Of a stretch of DNA of 32,000 nt, positions 15,656-24,861 are shown piece by piece. The notes under the pieces were generated by a model. The model was given only the letters and a program-made list of their open reading frames with translations. It did no database searches and was not told the origin of the DNA. The stretch is from an uncultured archaeon (GTDB lineage Archaea; Asgardarchaeota; Thorarchaeia; Thorarchaeales; Thorarchaeaceae). Both the position numbers and the translations under genes were made by a program. Position 1 is the stretch's first letter; every line of letters starts with the position of its first letter. The DNA lies in the NCBI GenBank assembly GCA_964648855.1, contig CAZYLT010000009.1:30001-62000 (forward strand), given 5' to 3'.

Positions 15656-17401
15656 ATGGGAGGAAACCTCATGTCTTCATATACGATTTCGAGAAAAACC
15701 GCAATTATTCTTGTTGTGACGGTCATCTCAGGTTTCTTCCTATATAATATAGCACCTCCAGATATTCAACCTGGCGAATATGTGGCAGACCTGATTATAG
15801 AATCTCCCAGCATTACTCTAAACCGTAGGCTCAATGTAACAATGGTCGAGTCTGGCGATATAGAACGTGAAACCTATTATTATGTCGGGCAAGCAACAAA
15901 TATTACGGTGATACTCAGGAGCGTTGTCCCAATTGCACCCAACAGTCCAATGCGTTTTGAAATACATGCTGCCGGTGCTAGCATTAGGGCCGATTTGATA
16001 TCGATTCATCTTACGGGTGATAGCGGACTTGATGAGACCCTGAGGCCGACCCGAAAGGAGGGTCAGACTTTCATTATAGAATACCAACCTCTTGTCCGCT
16101 CCAAGGCTGCAGTCATGATTCTAGGTATTGTTGCTATTCTATGGTTTTCTGAGGGAATATCTTTGGTTGCTACTTCAGTTATGATTCCAACCCTGATAGT
16201 CCTAACTGACATTGGAACCCCCACCTCTGCATTTACACCCTTCTTCAGTCCCGCAGTCGCACTCATCTTTGGTGGGTTCTTAATAGGTCGCGCTTTGAGT
16301 AAGTACGAGCTAGATAAGCGTCTTGCGTTGATGATTCTCTCCCGAAGCAGCGGGTCAGGATCTGGGCTTCTCATCACTGTGATGGGTGTCACTGCATTCT
16401 TGTCTATGTGGATTAGTAATACTGCATCAGCTGCAATAATGATTCCGATTGCGTTGGCTGTAATATCCCGCATACAAAGCTCAGAAACACGGAGCAAATA
16501 TGGGAAAGCATTGGTCCTGGGTGTGGCTTATTCAGCAACTATTGGCGGTGTTGCCAGTCTCGTTGGATCACCGCCAAATCCACTGGCGGCAACCTACATC
16601 AACTCATTTCTTGGCATAGAATTCAATTTCATCAGCTGGATTCCATACGGTCTTCCGGTTGTTTTGATTATGCTCCCAGTTATCTGGCAATGGTTGATGT
16701 TTCGTTTCAAAATTCCGAAAGACATCGAGGAGATCAAGTCCCTCAAGAGCATATCTGAGAAGGAGTATCTAAAACTGGGCCCCATGACCACGCAACAGAA
16801 ATTGGTTGTTGTTGTCTTTTCGTCTGTTGTATTACTTTGGCTTACTGAAGGTTATCATGGGATTTCAAGCTCAATCGTAGCAGTTATGGGTGGATTGGCA
16901 CTTCTTGTGCTTCGCCTTCTCGATGAAACCGATGTATCGTCTGAGATTAGTTGGTCGTCGCTTCTGATACTTGGGAGTGGAATTGTGCTGGGAAATGCCA
17001 TGATAGACACGGGGATTTCAGCGTATTTCGCGTTTCAAATGACGAGTCTTGGTATGTTTCCGGCTCTCGTTATTGTGGTCATTATTGGAGCAATTGCAGT
17101 CCTTCTCACAATGGTCGCTTCTAATACCGGAGCAGCTGTAATTCTGATTCCGATTGCCATTCCTTTGGCGACTAGTCTTGGCATGGACCCACTGCTGTTG
17201 ACCATGGTCATTGCAATTGGTGTCTCCATGGACTTTGCACTGCCAACTGGTACTCCTCCATCTACAATTGCATATAGTACTGGAGAGGTTGAGATGAATG
17301 AGATGATTACAACCGGACTGGTGATAGACCTGATTGCCACCCTGGTGCTGACTGTCGTTGTTATCTGGTTATGGCGGCTCCTTGGATTGGTTGTCTTCTG
17401 A
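15656..17401 (+). CDS. SLC13/DASS sodium:dicarboxylate/sulfate symporter with extra N-terminal soluble domain
   Basis: LSMWISNTASA, YSATIGG..SLVGSPPN, ASNTGAA, FALPTGTPP and many TM segments. Confidence 0.92.
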   Translation: MGGNLMSSYTISRKTAIILVVTVISGFFLYNIAPPDIQPGEYVADLIIESPSITLNRRLNVTMVESGDIERETYYYVGQATNITVILRSVVPIAPNSPMRFEIHAAGASIRADLISIHLTGDSGLDETLRPTRKEGQTFIIEYQPLVRSKAAVMILGIVAILWFSEGISLVATSVMIPTLIVLTDIGTPTSAFTPFFSPAVALIFGGFLIGRALSKYELDKRLALMILSRSSGSGSGLLITVMGVTAFLSMWISNTASAAIMIPIALAVISRIQSSETRSKYGKALVLGVAYSATIGGVASLVGSPPNPLAATYINSFLGIEFNFISWIPYGLPVVLIMLPVIWQWLMFRFKIPKDIEEIKSLKSISEKEYLKLGPMTTQQKLVVVVFSSVVLLWLTEGYHGISSSIVAVMGGLALLVLRLLDETDVSSEISWSSLLILGSGIVLGNAMIDTGISAYFAFQMTSLGMFPALVIVVIIGAIAVLLTMVASNTGAAVILIPIAIPLATSLGMDPLLLTMVIAIGVSMDFALPTGTPPSTIAYSTGEVEMNEMITTGLVIDLIATLVLTVVVIWLWRLLGLVVF

Positions 17402-17456
17402 TGATGGTACCACGACATCTTTAAATCTGAGATAACTAGGTCTGATTGAGAGCTGA

Positions 17457-18227
17457 ATGAGAATGAACTGGCTCAAGAAGATGATTGAAGGGGATGCTGG
17501 AGAATACGCTCATGCTAAACTACTGAAATATGGCAAGGGCAGATACCCAGGTCCAAGAATAAAACTAACAGTCAGGGGATCCAAGATATACTTCCGTGCA
17601 GACCTTGATTTGGAAAACATATTTCATCGGGCATATCTTGAGGGTGTTCCCGATGTTAAACAGAAAGTCAAAGGTCAAATCGTCAGTTACGATGACCGAA
17701 GAGAGAAGTTCAAATCTGTTCAGATGCCCTTGAGTTGGAAAGTGTCCAAAGGAAAAGGTGCGACAACATATAAGGCCAAGATTAGCGAAGTTGCCCCATT
17801 TGAGCACGTAAAGGAACTCTTTGAACTTGATAATCCTACGACATTCTATCAACTCTCGATCAATCCAGCCAAGAATGCCAAACCTTGGAAAATCAAGACT
17901 AAGACTTCATTCCCACGGGGCCCAAAGGGTGGAGACGAAGAGGACGAGAAGCCACCTAATTACGCAACAGGGACACTGGAGAACTCTGATGAATTGATGG
18001 AATTCATTTTCAATGAAGCCGCACCAGAGGTTATTGACCAATTGGAATCGGAACCAAAATCCATATTCATAAGAAACGAGTTCCACATCGAAGATATTGA
18101 TATACCTCAAGATGAAGGGCTTACTTTTGCTGACAAACGGAAATTGGCTAAGAAAAAGGGGAAGCTTCACAGAACTATCACATTGGATGACGAGGAATAC
18201 GCATTCGACTATGAATTCTACGTGTGA
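17457..18227 (+). CDS. Conserved archaeal hypothetical protein
   Basis: Long clean ORF. The N-terminal MNWLKKMIEG..YAH..L.KYGKG and C-terminal AKKKGKLHRTITLD resemble an uncharacterised archaeal family, from memory. Confidence 0.75.
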   Translation: MRMNWLKKMIEGDAGEYAHAKLLKYGKGRYPGPRIKLTVRGSKIYFRADLDLENIFHRAYLEGVPDVKQKVKGQIVSYDDRREKFKSVQMPLSWKVSKGKGATTYKAKISEVAPFEHVKELFELDNPTTFYQLSINPAKNAKPWKIKTKTSFPRGPKGGDEEDEKPPNYATGTLENSDELMEFIFNEAAPEVIDQLESEPKSIFIRNEFHIEDIDIPQDEGLTFADKRKLAKKKGKLHRTITLDDEEYAFDYEFYV

Positions 18228-18324
18228 ATGCAAGGCACGAGGATAACTAGGACAAATACTGCATGACCGTGACGTTTAAATCACAATAGTATTGGGCAAG
18301 CTAGACTATCAGCGAGGAATCCTT

Positions 18325-18528
18325 ATGCTCCAAATAACTTTCGAATCGGCTTTCGTTTATCTTTCAGTTGTATTCATTGCATTTGGCCTGCTATCATTTG
18401 GATGGTTGTCTGTTCATGTGGAGCATGCAAGACACTTCTCCAAGATCAAAGCTGCTCTTGCCCTTATTGTTGGCTCATTATTCATTGGTTTTGGAATCCA
18501 CTTCCTACTCCTCTATACAGGTGTCTGA
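18325..18528 (+). CDS. Small 2-TM membrane protein
   Basis: ATG 18325 after GAGGA; two hydrophobic helices joined by a His-containing loop (VHVEHARHF). Confidence 0.75.
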   Translation: MLQITFESAFVYLSVVFIAFGLLSFGWLSVHVEHARHFSKIKAALALIVGSLFIGFGIHFLLLYTGV

Positions 18529-18684
18529 CTTAGCACAGTCTGCTTGCTAATTCAATCCCCCTTCAGAAAGTCATTCTTGTAGGTTAGTGGCAATATACAC
18601 ACATATCATTGATATTAGATTAGAACATGTAATTTTCAGCATGCTAGTCATATGATACTGAATTTGCTATCTAGAGGATTGCCA

Positions 18685-19872
18685 ATGTCAAGGGATGCAG
18701 ACGTGCAAGAGTTAGCATTAGCTACTCGACAACAACTGGTGGAAGAGTTTGCTGAGAAGCACTCCGACTTGAGTAAACGACTGGAAAGGCTCAGAGTTGA
18801 CTTGACCAAGCCTATAGTTGAAGAAACGAAATGCCCTCTACAGATGGCTCTAGTGGCTTATCTTATTGAAATGGATGGCTTAATGGGGGCGCGACAATCA
18901 GTCGAACTTCTTACGAACGAAATCAACCGACGGAGTCAGGTTGGTGAATCGGTTCCTAATCTGCCAGGAAATGTGCAAGAATTTGCGGTTCAAGAGGGAC
19001 GATGGCTGGAGTACCTCTATGGCGGGTTCACAAGGAAATTGGAAACCAAGGTAAGAAACCTTTCGAACCTTGAAAGTGCTCTTGATGAAGACAATCCACC
19101 TGTGGAGAAAGCCATTTCGATTTTCAATGCCAGAACCAGAATCTCAGAGGGGTTCATTATGCCAATCGCACAAACCTGGTTTGATGAACATCCGAAGGCG
19201 AACAGTGAAGACCTTGTGATGGTGTTCGGGCAGGCTATTACTAGTTGGATGCCCACAACACTGCGAGGAAAAATCATCTCTCTAAGACGAAGAAGCCAAG
19301 CATTGTACCGCAGATTAGGCGCAATTCTTTCAGAGGCATCTGATTCCATAATCGTTGAGGCAATTATCAAACGAATTGAGAAACTTGTTGAAGATTTTGA
19401 TTCGCCCCTACATGATATGGATATTTCAACAGCTTCGCATTTCATACTACATATTACACCGCGGCCTTTGTCATATCGAGGTGACAGATCAAGATATGTT
19501 TCCCGAGGAATATCTTCTCTACGAGGAAATAAGACTGAGCCTGACATGAGTTCTCCATTTGATTTTCTTGAAAGAGATGTCCGCTTGGCAAAAAGACGCG
19601 CCGGAGAAGATAGAGAATCATACCTTAAGAATAAGGTCTCACGAGTTATTCGTGTTCTACTACATCAGGGAACTCCCATCGCTGAAGTGGTAGAAAAAGC
19701 GATTGTCGAAATGCAAGAACGACTCAACTTGCCCAGTTCTTCTCTGGAGGGAACTGATGAAGAAGTGGAAATTGCTCTGAACGGCGTTCCTCTGGATGAG
19801 CAAGAACAGATTGCAGCAGGATTGGTCATTGAATATGTACGCAGGAATTTCTATGGGGATTCATCACAATGA
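18685..19872 (+). CDS. Hypothetical, mostly alpha-helical protein
   Basis: Long ORF with likely start ATG 18685 after GAGGA. Its stop overlaps the next start (ATGA). Confidence 0.8.
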   Translation: MSRDADVQELALATRQQLVEEFAEKHSDLSKRLERLRVDLTKPIVEETKCPLQMALVAYLIEMDGLMGARQSVELLTNEINRRSQVGESVPNLPGNVQEFAVQEGRWLEYLYGGFTRKLETKVRNLSNLESALDEDNPPVEKAISIFNARTRISEGFIMPIAQTWFDEHPKANSEDLVMVFGQAITSWMPTTLRGKIISLRRRSQALYRRLGAILSEASDSIIVEAIIKRIEKLVEDFDSPLHDMDISTASHFILHITPRPLSYRGDRSRYVSRGISSLRGNKTEPDMSSPFDFLERDVRLAKRRAGEDRESYLKNKVSRVIRVLLHQGTPIAEVVEKAIVEMQERLNLPSSSLEGTDEEVEIALNGVPLDEQEQIAAGLVIEYVRRNFYGDSSQ

Positions 19873-20639
19873 AAGATTCAGGTCCTCTCTTATGGCTCGT
19901 AGATATTGAAGCCTATAACTTTGAAACACAGGTCTTCAAGGGTGCGGATATTCGTGGTCGTGCCTTGATTGCATCCTCTCAACTCTGGTCCATAATACGA
20001 GAAGAACAAGTACTTTCCATTCTTATTGGCCCGGGTTACTTCAAAGGTAGAGCAATCAAGAATAACATAGAAGTTGACATTGGAAAACATCTCTTTGCAC
20101 TAATGTTCGACCCAACTGCACTTCGATACGATGAGCCCATTCCACTCGTAGATATCATTAATCCAGAAGTCATCGACCCCATGGGAGTCAAGAAGCGTGA
20201 GGAGATTGTTGCTCTCATAAATGACCTTGTTGTAGAAAAGGGCAATATTTTGACTGGGGACACAATTGCAAGTATCAAGGGTGAAGGGCGTCCCCCAACG
20301 GTGGCGCACTATAAAGAGATGATGAAACGGCTCAGCGTTTCACTTGTATCAGGAGTTCAAAGAGCGAAATTCATTCTGGGTGGCACAAACCGCCCTCTCT
20401 ATCAACCTTTGGTGGAGGGCTACAACGGCATGAAGTACAGCAACATAGAACGTCTTAACGTCATGGCTATTGCTTTCTCTAGGTTTACGAATTACGCTGA
20501 TATTGATGTGATGTCTGATTGGATGATTGTGGAGAAAGCTGGAATGGGGGGAACCGGAACCGAAGCAATCAGAGAGGAATACGATTCGGTTCTTCAAGTA
20601 ATTGAAAACAATCTTGACAAATTCATTTTCGAGCTATGA
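19869..20639 (+). CDS. Hypothetical protein
   Basis: 256-aa ORF with an ATGA overlap to the upstream gene, ending 16 nt before the helicase. Confidence 0.8.
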   Translation: MKDSGPLLWLVDIEAYNFETQVFKGADIRGRALIASSQLWSIIREEQVLSILIGPGYFKGRAIKNNIEVDIGKHLFALMFDPTALRYDEPIPLVDIINPEVIDPMGVKKREEIVALINDLVVEKGNILTGDTIASIKGEGRPPTVAHYKEMMKRLSVSLVSGVQRAKFILGGTNRPLYQPLVEGYNGMKYSNIERLNVMAIAFSRFTNYADIDVMSDWMIVEKAGMGGTGTEAIREEYDSVLQVIENNLDKFIFEL

Positions 20640-20655
20640 TAGACCCAAAGAGTAA

Positions 20656-23298
20656 TTGGCATTTTATCACCCACTTGGAACAGTGAGCCCAGTGGAAGTT
20701 GCTCATGCAGATATACAAAAGAGGTTCAGAAAGCCCTATGGTATCGTATTACGTGACAGTAGGCAAGAACTAGCAACTCGTGTAGAGGTCTTTCAAGACG
20801 TATTGATGGACCGACAATTGGCACGACTACGCGGGATGGTTGAGTATGGGTATCGCGGTGATGGTCTACTGGAAATACGTCGATCATGGTTTGTGAAATA
20901 CAATAAGCCTGTCTACTATCAGCCTAGCGAATTTCATGATATCCTCCGAAAATCCAAATACATAATTGTGCCCAAAGAACAATCGCCTGCCTTCATTGAC
21001 TCTCTAAAAGAGATGTTGAACCGAATCGATGCCACAGAACCCAGAATAGTGACTGTCTGCCCGAATTGCATGCGAGATCGCAGATTGACTGTCTTGTCCA
21101 AGAGAAATGCAGTGAAAATTTCCTCTCATCAAGTTCTTTGCGGAGCTTGTTCGAAAGTTGAGCTTCGGACTGACTTGAAAGCAATGGGCATCAAAATGTC
21201 AAAACCAATGCTCAGACACATGGAGCGGCAACTCCTTCGTGTTAAATCACTGCCAAGGGTCTTGGATTTGGTTGACCCGAATTTCGACCCCACAAGTGAT
21301 CCTGATATTACCAAGGTCGATACTCTATCAAAGGGTGAGGTGGTCCATGGGAGATCCATTGGAGACCTAGAGATTCCGAAACGTATGCGGGAGTTGCTCC
21401 TAGAGGAGGGGTTTGAATCTCTCTTACCAGTTCAGGAGAAGGTTGTTAGAGCGGGCTTATTGAAAGGAAAGGACCTCCTGATTGTATCATCGACATCCTC
21501 AGGAAAGACAATGGTGGGCGAATTCGCCGGGGTGCCAAAGGCATTGGGTGGCAAAAAGATGATTTACCTCTCTCCCTTAGTAGCCTTGACGAACGAGAAA
21601 TACGAGGTATTCCGTAAACGATACAAAAAGCTTGGACTTAGAGTTGGTATTCGGGTTGGAATGTCCCGACTCGAAGTTGGGGATGAAGGAAAGCCAATCG
21701 TTGACACGGATGTGGAAAAATCTGATATCATCTGTGCAACCTATGAAGCTCTTGATTTATTGTTGCGTGCTGGAGAAACAAACAAACTTGGTGAAATTGG
21801 TACAATAGTCATAGATGAGATACAGAATCTAGCAGATCCAGAGCGGGGTCCTGAGCTCGATGGAATACTGTCTCGGCTGAGATTCTATGCTCCAAAAGCT
21901 CAGGTGCTTGCTTTATCTGCAACAGTTGGCTCACCGGACCTATTAGCTAAGGATTTGAATCTGGATTTAGTCAATTATACGGGAAGACCTGTTACTCTTG
22001 AGAGACATGTGGTTTTTGCACGAAATGAAGAAGCAAAACGATCCATAATTCGAAGGTTAGTAATGGATGAGTTCAGGCAAACAAGCAGCAGTGGAAATAA
22101 AGGGCAATCAATAGTATTTACATTCTCACGAAGACGGGCACACTCAATAAGTGATTGGATGAGAGAACATGGGGTACGAAGTGCAGTCTATCACGGGGGG
22201 CTCTCTTATTCTCGTAGAAGAAGTATCGAGTATTCATATGGAAAGCAACGTTATCCCTGTGTCATAACTACTGCGGCTCTTGGTGCTGGCGTAGATTTGC
22301 CTGCATCCCAAGTCATTTTCGAGTCACTGGCAATGGGTGCACACTGGATCACAACTGCTGAGTTCGAGCAGATGCTCGGGCGAGCTGGCAGACTTGGTAA
22401 GCATGACCGTGGAAAAGTCTACTTGCTTATTGAACCTGAACGGAAATATCATTCTGGACAGGATCTCACGGAGGACCAAGTAGCAACACGTATTCTTGAG
22501 GGCGAGATAGAGGATGTGGAGCCTTTCGCTGACAAAGAGGCATCCGCTGAACAAATACTTGCAACAATCTGTTCGACGGGACTAGTGGATTTGAAAGCTG
22601 TTGCTAAGATTTACTTGAGAATGCTATCGGCTTCTGTTCCCCCCTCTGAGGCCATGAAACATTTGGCAAGAAAGCATATGATTCGGGTAAAAAGTGGTGA
22701 AGTTCATCCAACACCTTTAGGCAAAGCAACTTCTGTTTCATTCCTAAGCCCCAGTGAGGGGTACGAAGTGGCCAAACTGACAGAAGAGATGGATGTTCTT
22801 GACATCGCCATCAAGCTTGATCCACTAGAGAATATCTATCTTAGTTCAAAACTTCAAGCTGAAGTGAATCAAGCGTTTAGAACTCACATGCCCACGAGGC
22901 TCTTTTCTGGAGTATTTATGGATATGACCGATGTTGGTCAGAAGCAGGGCGGAGCTAGTAGACTTCCTCAATGGGTATTTGACCTCTTTGGAAAATGGGG
23001 GTCGACTTTCTTCACATGTGAGTGCAAAGATTTTCCCGAATGTGACCATCCAAAAATAGAGATTGGAAAATGGATTATCGAGAGAAGAAAGGAGGGCATT
23101 AACCCATCCGGAATCTCAACCAAAATGCGTGAAGAATTTGAATTATGGGCGTACCCCGGTGATATCTACTCATGGCTAGATGCAGTTATTCATAACCTCA
23201 AAGCAGTCCAGCGAATAGCTGATGTAAGAGGACTAATTGACCTTAATGAAGAGATTGATAGCCAGATTGAGATGATTGAACGTCCCCTCAAGAAATAG
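20656..23298 (+). CDS. SF2 Ski2-like DExH/Q helicase, ASH-Ski2/DUF5814 type
   Basis: LLPVQ, SSTSSGKT, PLVAL, DEIQ, LSAT, YHGGL, TTAALGAGVDLPA, QMLGRAGR; N-terminal CPNC...CGAC and C-terminal CECKDFPEC. Confidence 0.9.
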   Translation: MAFYHPLGTVSPVEVAHADIQKRFRKPYGIVLRDSRQELATRVEVFQDVLMDRQLARLRGMVEYGYRGDGLLEIRRSWFVKYNKPVYYQPSEFHDILRKSKYIIVPKEQSPAFIDSLKEMLNRIDATEPRIVTVCPNCMRDRRLTVLSKRNAVKISSHQVLCGACSKVELRTDLKAMGIKMSKPMLRHMERQLLRVKSLPRVLDLVDPNFDPTSDPDITKVDTLSKGEVVHGRSIGDLEIPKRMRELLLEEGFESLLPVQEKVVRAGLLKGKDLLIVSSTSSGKTMVGEFAGVPKALGGKKMIYLSPLVALTNEKYEVFRKRYKKLGLRVGIRVGMSRLEVGDEGKPIVDTDVEKSDIICATYEALDLLLRAGETNKLGEIGTIVIDEIQNLADPERGPELDGILSRLRFYAPKAQVLALSATVGSPDLLAKDLNLDLVNYTGRPVTLERHVVFARNEEAKRSIIRRLVMDEFRQTSSSGNKGQSIVFTFSRRRAHSISDWMREHGVRSAVYHGGLSYSRRRSIEYSYGKQRYPCVITTAALGAGVDLPASQVIFESLAMGAHWITTAEFEQMLGRAGRLGKHDRGKVYLLIEPERKYHSGQDLTEDQVATRILEGEIEDVEPFADKEASAEQILATICSTGLVDLKAVAKIYLRMLSASVPPSEAMKHLARKHMIRVKSGEVHPTPLGKATSVSFLSPSEGYEVAKLTEEMDVLDIAIKLDPLENIYLSSKLQAEVNQAFRTHMPTRLFSGVFMDMTDVGQKQGGASRLPQWVFDLFGKWGSTFFTCECKDFPECDHPKIEIGKWIIERRKEGINPSGISTKMREEFELWAYPGDIYSWLDAVIHNLKAVQRIADVRGLIDLNEEIDSQIEMIERPLKK

Positions 23299-23312
23299 GT
23301 ATGACACTATTT

Positions 23313-23576
23313 CTATGATACAAGGTTATCATCTTGGTCGCATTCGAATATGACCCGCATATTTCCTATCTCACTCGAATCCATGGAGTCAATGTTCAAA
23401 TCCACCCAGGTATGAAGATTTCTGCGTATCTCCTCTTTCATTGCCATGGGGGCTGGAATTTTTGGAGAGTTCTCAGATACTAGTTTGAAATGCGTCGAGC
23501 CGCATTCGCATGCACCATCCAAAATCATGTCAATATCTGCCGTTGTCGCGCCGCAGTTTCTGCAAACAAATAGCAT
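23313..23576 (-). CDS. Small zinc-ribbon protein (DUF2072/OapC-like N-terminus)
   Basis: CRNCG...ILDGACECGSTHF. Confidence 0.7.
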   Translation of the reverse strand: MLFVCRNCGATTADIDMILDGACECGSTHFKLVSENSPKIPAPMAMKEEIRRNLHTWVDLNIDSMDSSEIGNMRVIFECDQDDNLVS

Positions 23577-23735
23577 TATTTTTTACCCAGCATATGAACT
23601 GCTGGAATGACTAAGAGGCTTGGTACTCTTGGGGTAATACTGACTCTATATTCTCTCATGACAGAATTATGCTGAGATTCTGTGACATTAGACTTATCTA
23701 TGGGCTATTCATGCCAACAGACGGGGCTGAAACAA

Positions 23736-23993
23736 ATGTCAAGGTTCTGTGCAGTTTGTAAGAACAAGCCCAAGAATCGGTGTGATCATTGTGGAAATGA
23801 GTTCTGCTACGTACACTCGATCAAATGTGATACCTGTGGTACTATCACATGCATTCGTGATTTGGGTAGCTCCATGACTTGTCCAACCTGTGACACCTAT
23901 CTGGGAATCTGTCCTGATTGCTTGTACAATGGTGAAATGGTGAGAATCATCGAATCAGCCAAAATATGCCCGGAATGTGGTTGGAGTCAATAA
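23736..23993 (+). CDS. Small multi-zinc-finger protein (14 Cys in 85 aa)
   Basis: CAVC, CDHC..FC..H, CDTC..TC, CPTC, CPDC, CPEC. Start moved to ATG 23736. Confidence 0.82.
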   Translation: MSRFCAVCKNKPKNRCDHCGNEFCYVHSIKCDTCGTITCIRDLGSSMTCPTCDTYLGICPDCLYNGEMVRIIESAKICPECGWSQ

Positions 23994-24265
23994 AGCCACA
24001 AGATAATTGTGAAGACAAATACAATTACTGCAATCATCCCTACTATGATTTTTACCTTCTTGCTGAAGCCCCATACTATGGGTATTGGTCCAAGAAGGAT
24101 TATTCCTTTTGATTCAGATCTTGTATTTCCATCAATAGGTTCATTCTCACGGCCAAATAGAACCAATCCAATCAAAACGAGGATGAATCCAATGACGATA
24201 AGGACGATTGGAAGAATAGGGAACGATGGTGCAGTTTGGAATATCATGGGCAAGAGAGGTTTCAC
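23987..24265 (-). CDS. DUF131 (TIGR00304) family small membrane protein
   Basis: Signature GIILLGPIPIVWG between two TM helices. Confidence 0.85.
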   Translation of the reverse strand: MKPLLPMIFQTAPSFPILPIVLIVIGFILVLIGLVLFGRENEPIDGNTRSESKGIILLGPIPIVWGFSKKVKIIVGMIAVIVFVFTIILWLY

Positions 24266-24276
24266 TTGATTTGGAG

Positions 24277-24852
24277 TTAAGACTTACGATGAACACCCGT
24301 TCTCGTGTCCAATTCATGCTGAGGAAGCTCGAAATCCATCCTTTCATAGCCGCCGACATGTTCTCCTTCCATTGTCCAAAGCACAATTATGTCATCATAT
24401 ACCTCGTAGTCAAGCATGGTATCTACTAAGAGAATACTTGTTCCAGCTGGAAATCTCCACATGATTTCAAAATCATATGGTGCTTCCTCTTCCTCTAGCC
24501 AGGTTTGAATGGAATTCGACCCTTCTTGAAATCTGCCTGCGAAGTCAATGAGATAAACGACTGAAACCACATCACTGCTACCCTTCAGAAAGATGTCAGT
24601 ATAGATAACTCGGGACTTGACTCTCTCCCCATTTATTTCGACTCTCTCCTCATCTAGAAAGAATTGCATATTTGTTGCCAGATTGGTGACCTCCCTTCGC
24701 AACAAATCATCATCTCGAATAACGCGACGATAGTACCTCTCAGGATCAGAGTACTCATACTCGAGTCTCTCATGTATTTCTCCAGTTTTCGAAACCGAGA
24801 AGAAAGAATTCGCATGTATTGGTTCAACAAGATTGGAAAGATATTCCTCCAT
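24277..24852 (-). CDS. Conserved archaeal hypothetical protein (acidic, beta-rich)
   Basis: Clean ORF lying 9-11 nt from its neighbours in a minus-strand operon. Confidence 0.78.
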   Translation of the reverse strand: MEEYLSNLVEPIHANSFFSVSKTGEIHERLEYEYSDPERYYRRVIRDDDLLRREVTNLATNMQFFLDEERVEINGERVKSRVIYTDIFLKGSSDVVSVVYLIDFAGRFQEGSNSIQTWLEEEEAPYDFEIMWRFPAGTSILLVDTMLDYEVYDDIIVLWTMEGEHVGGYERMDFELPQHELDTRTGVHRKS

Positions 24853-24861
24853 GGCATATAC

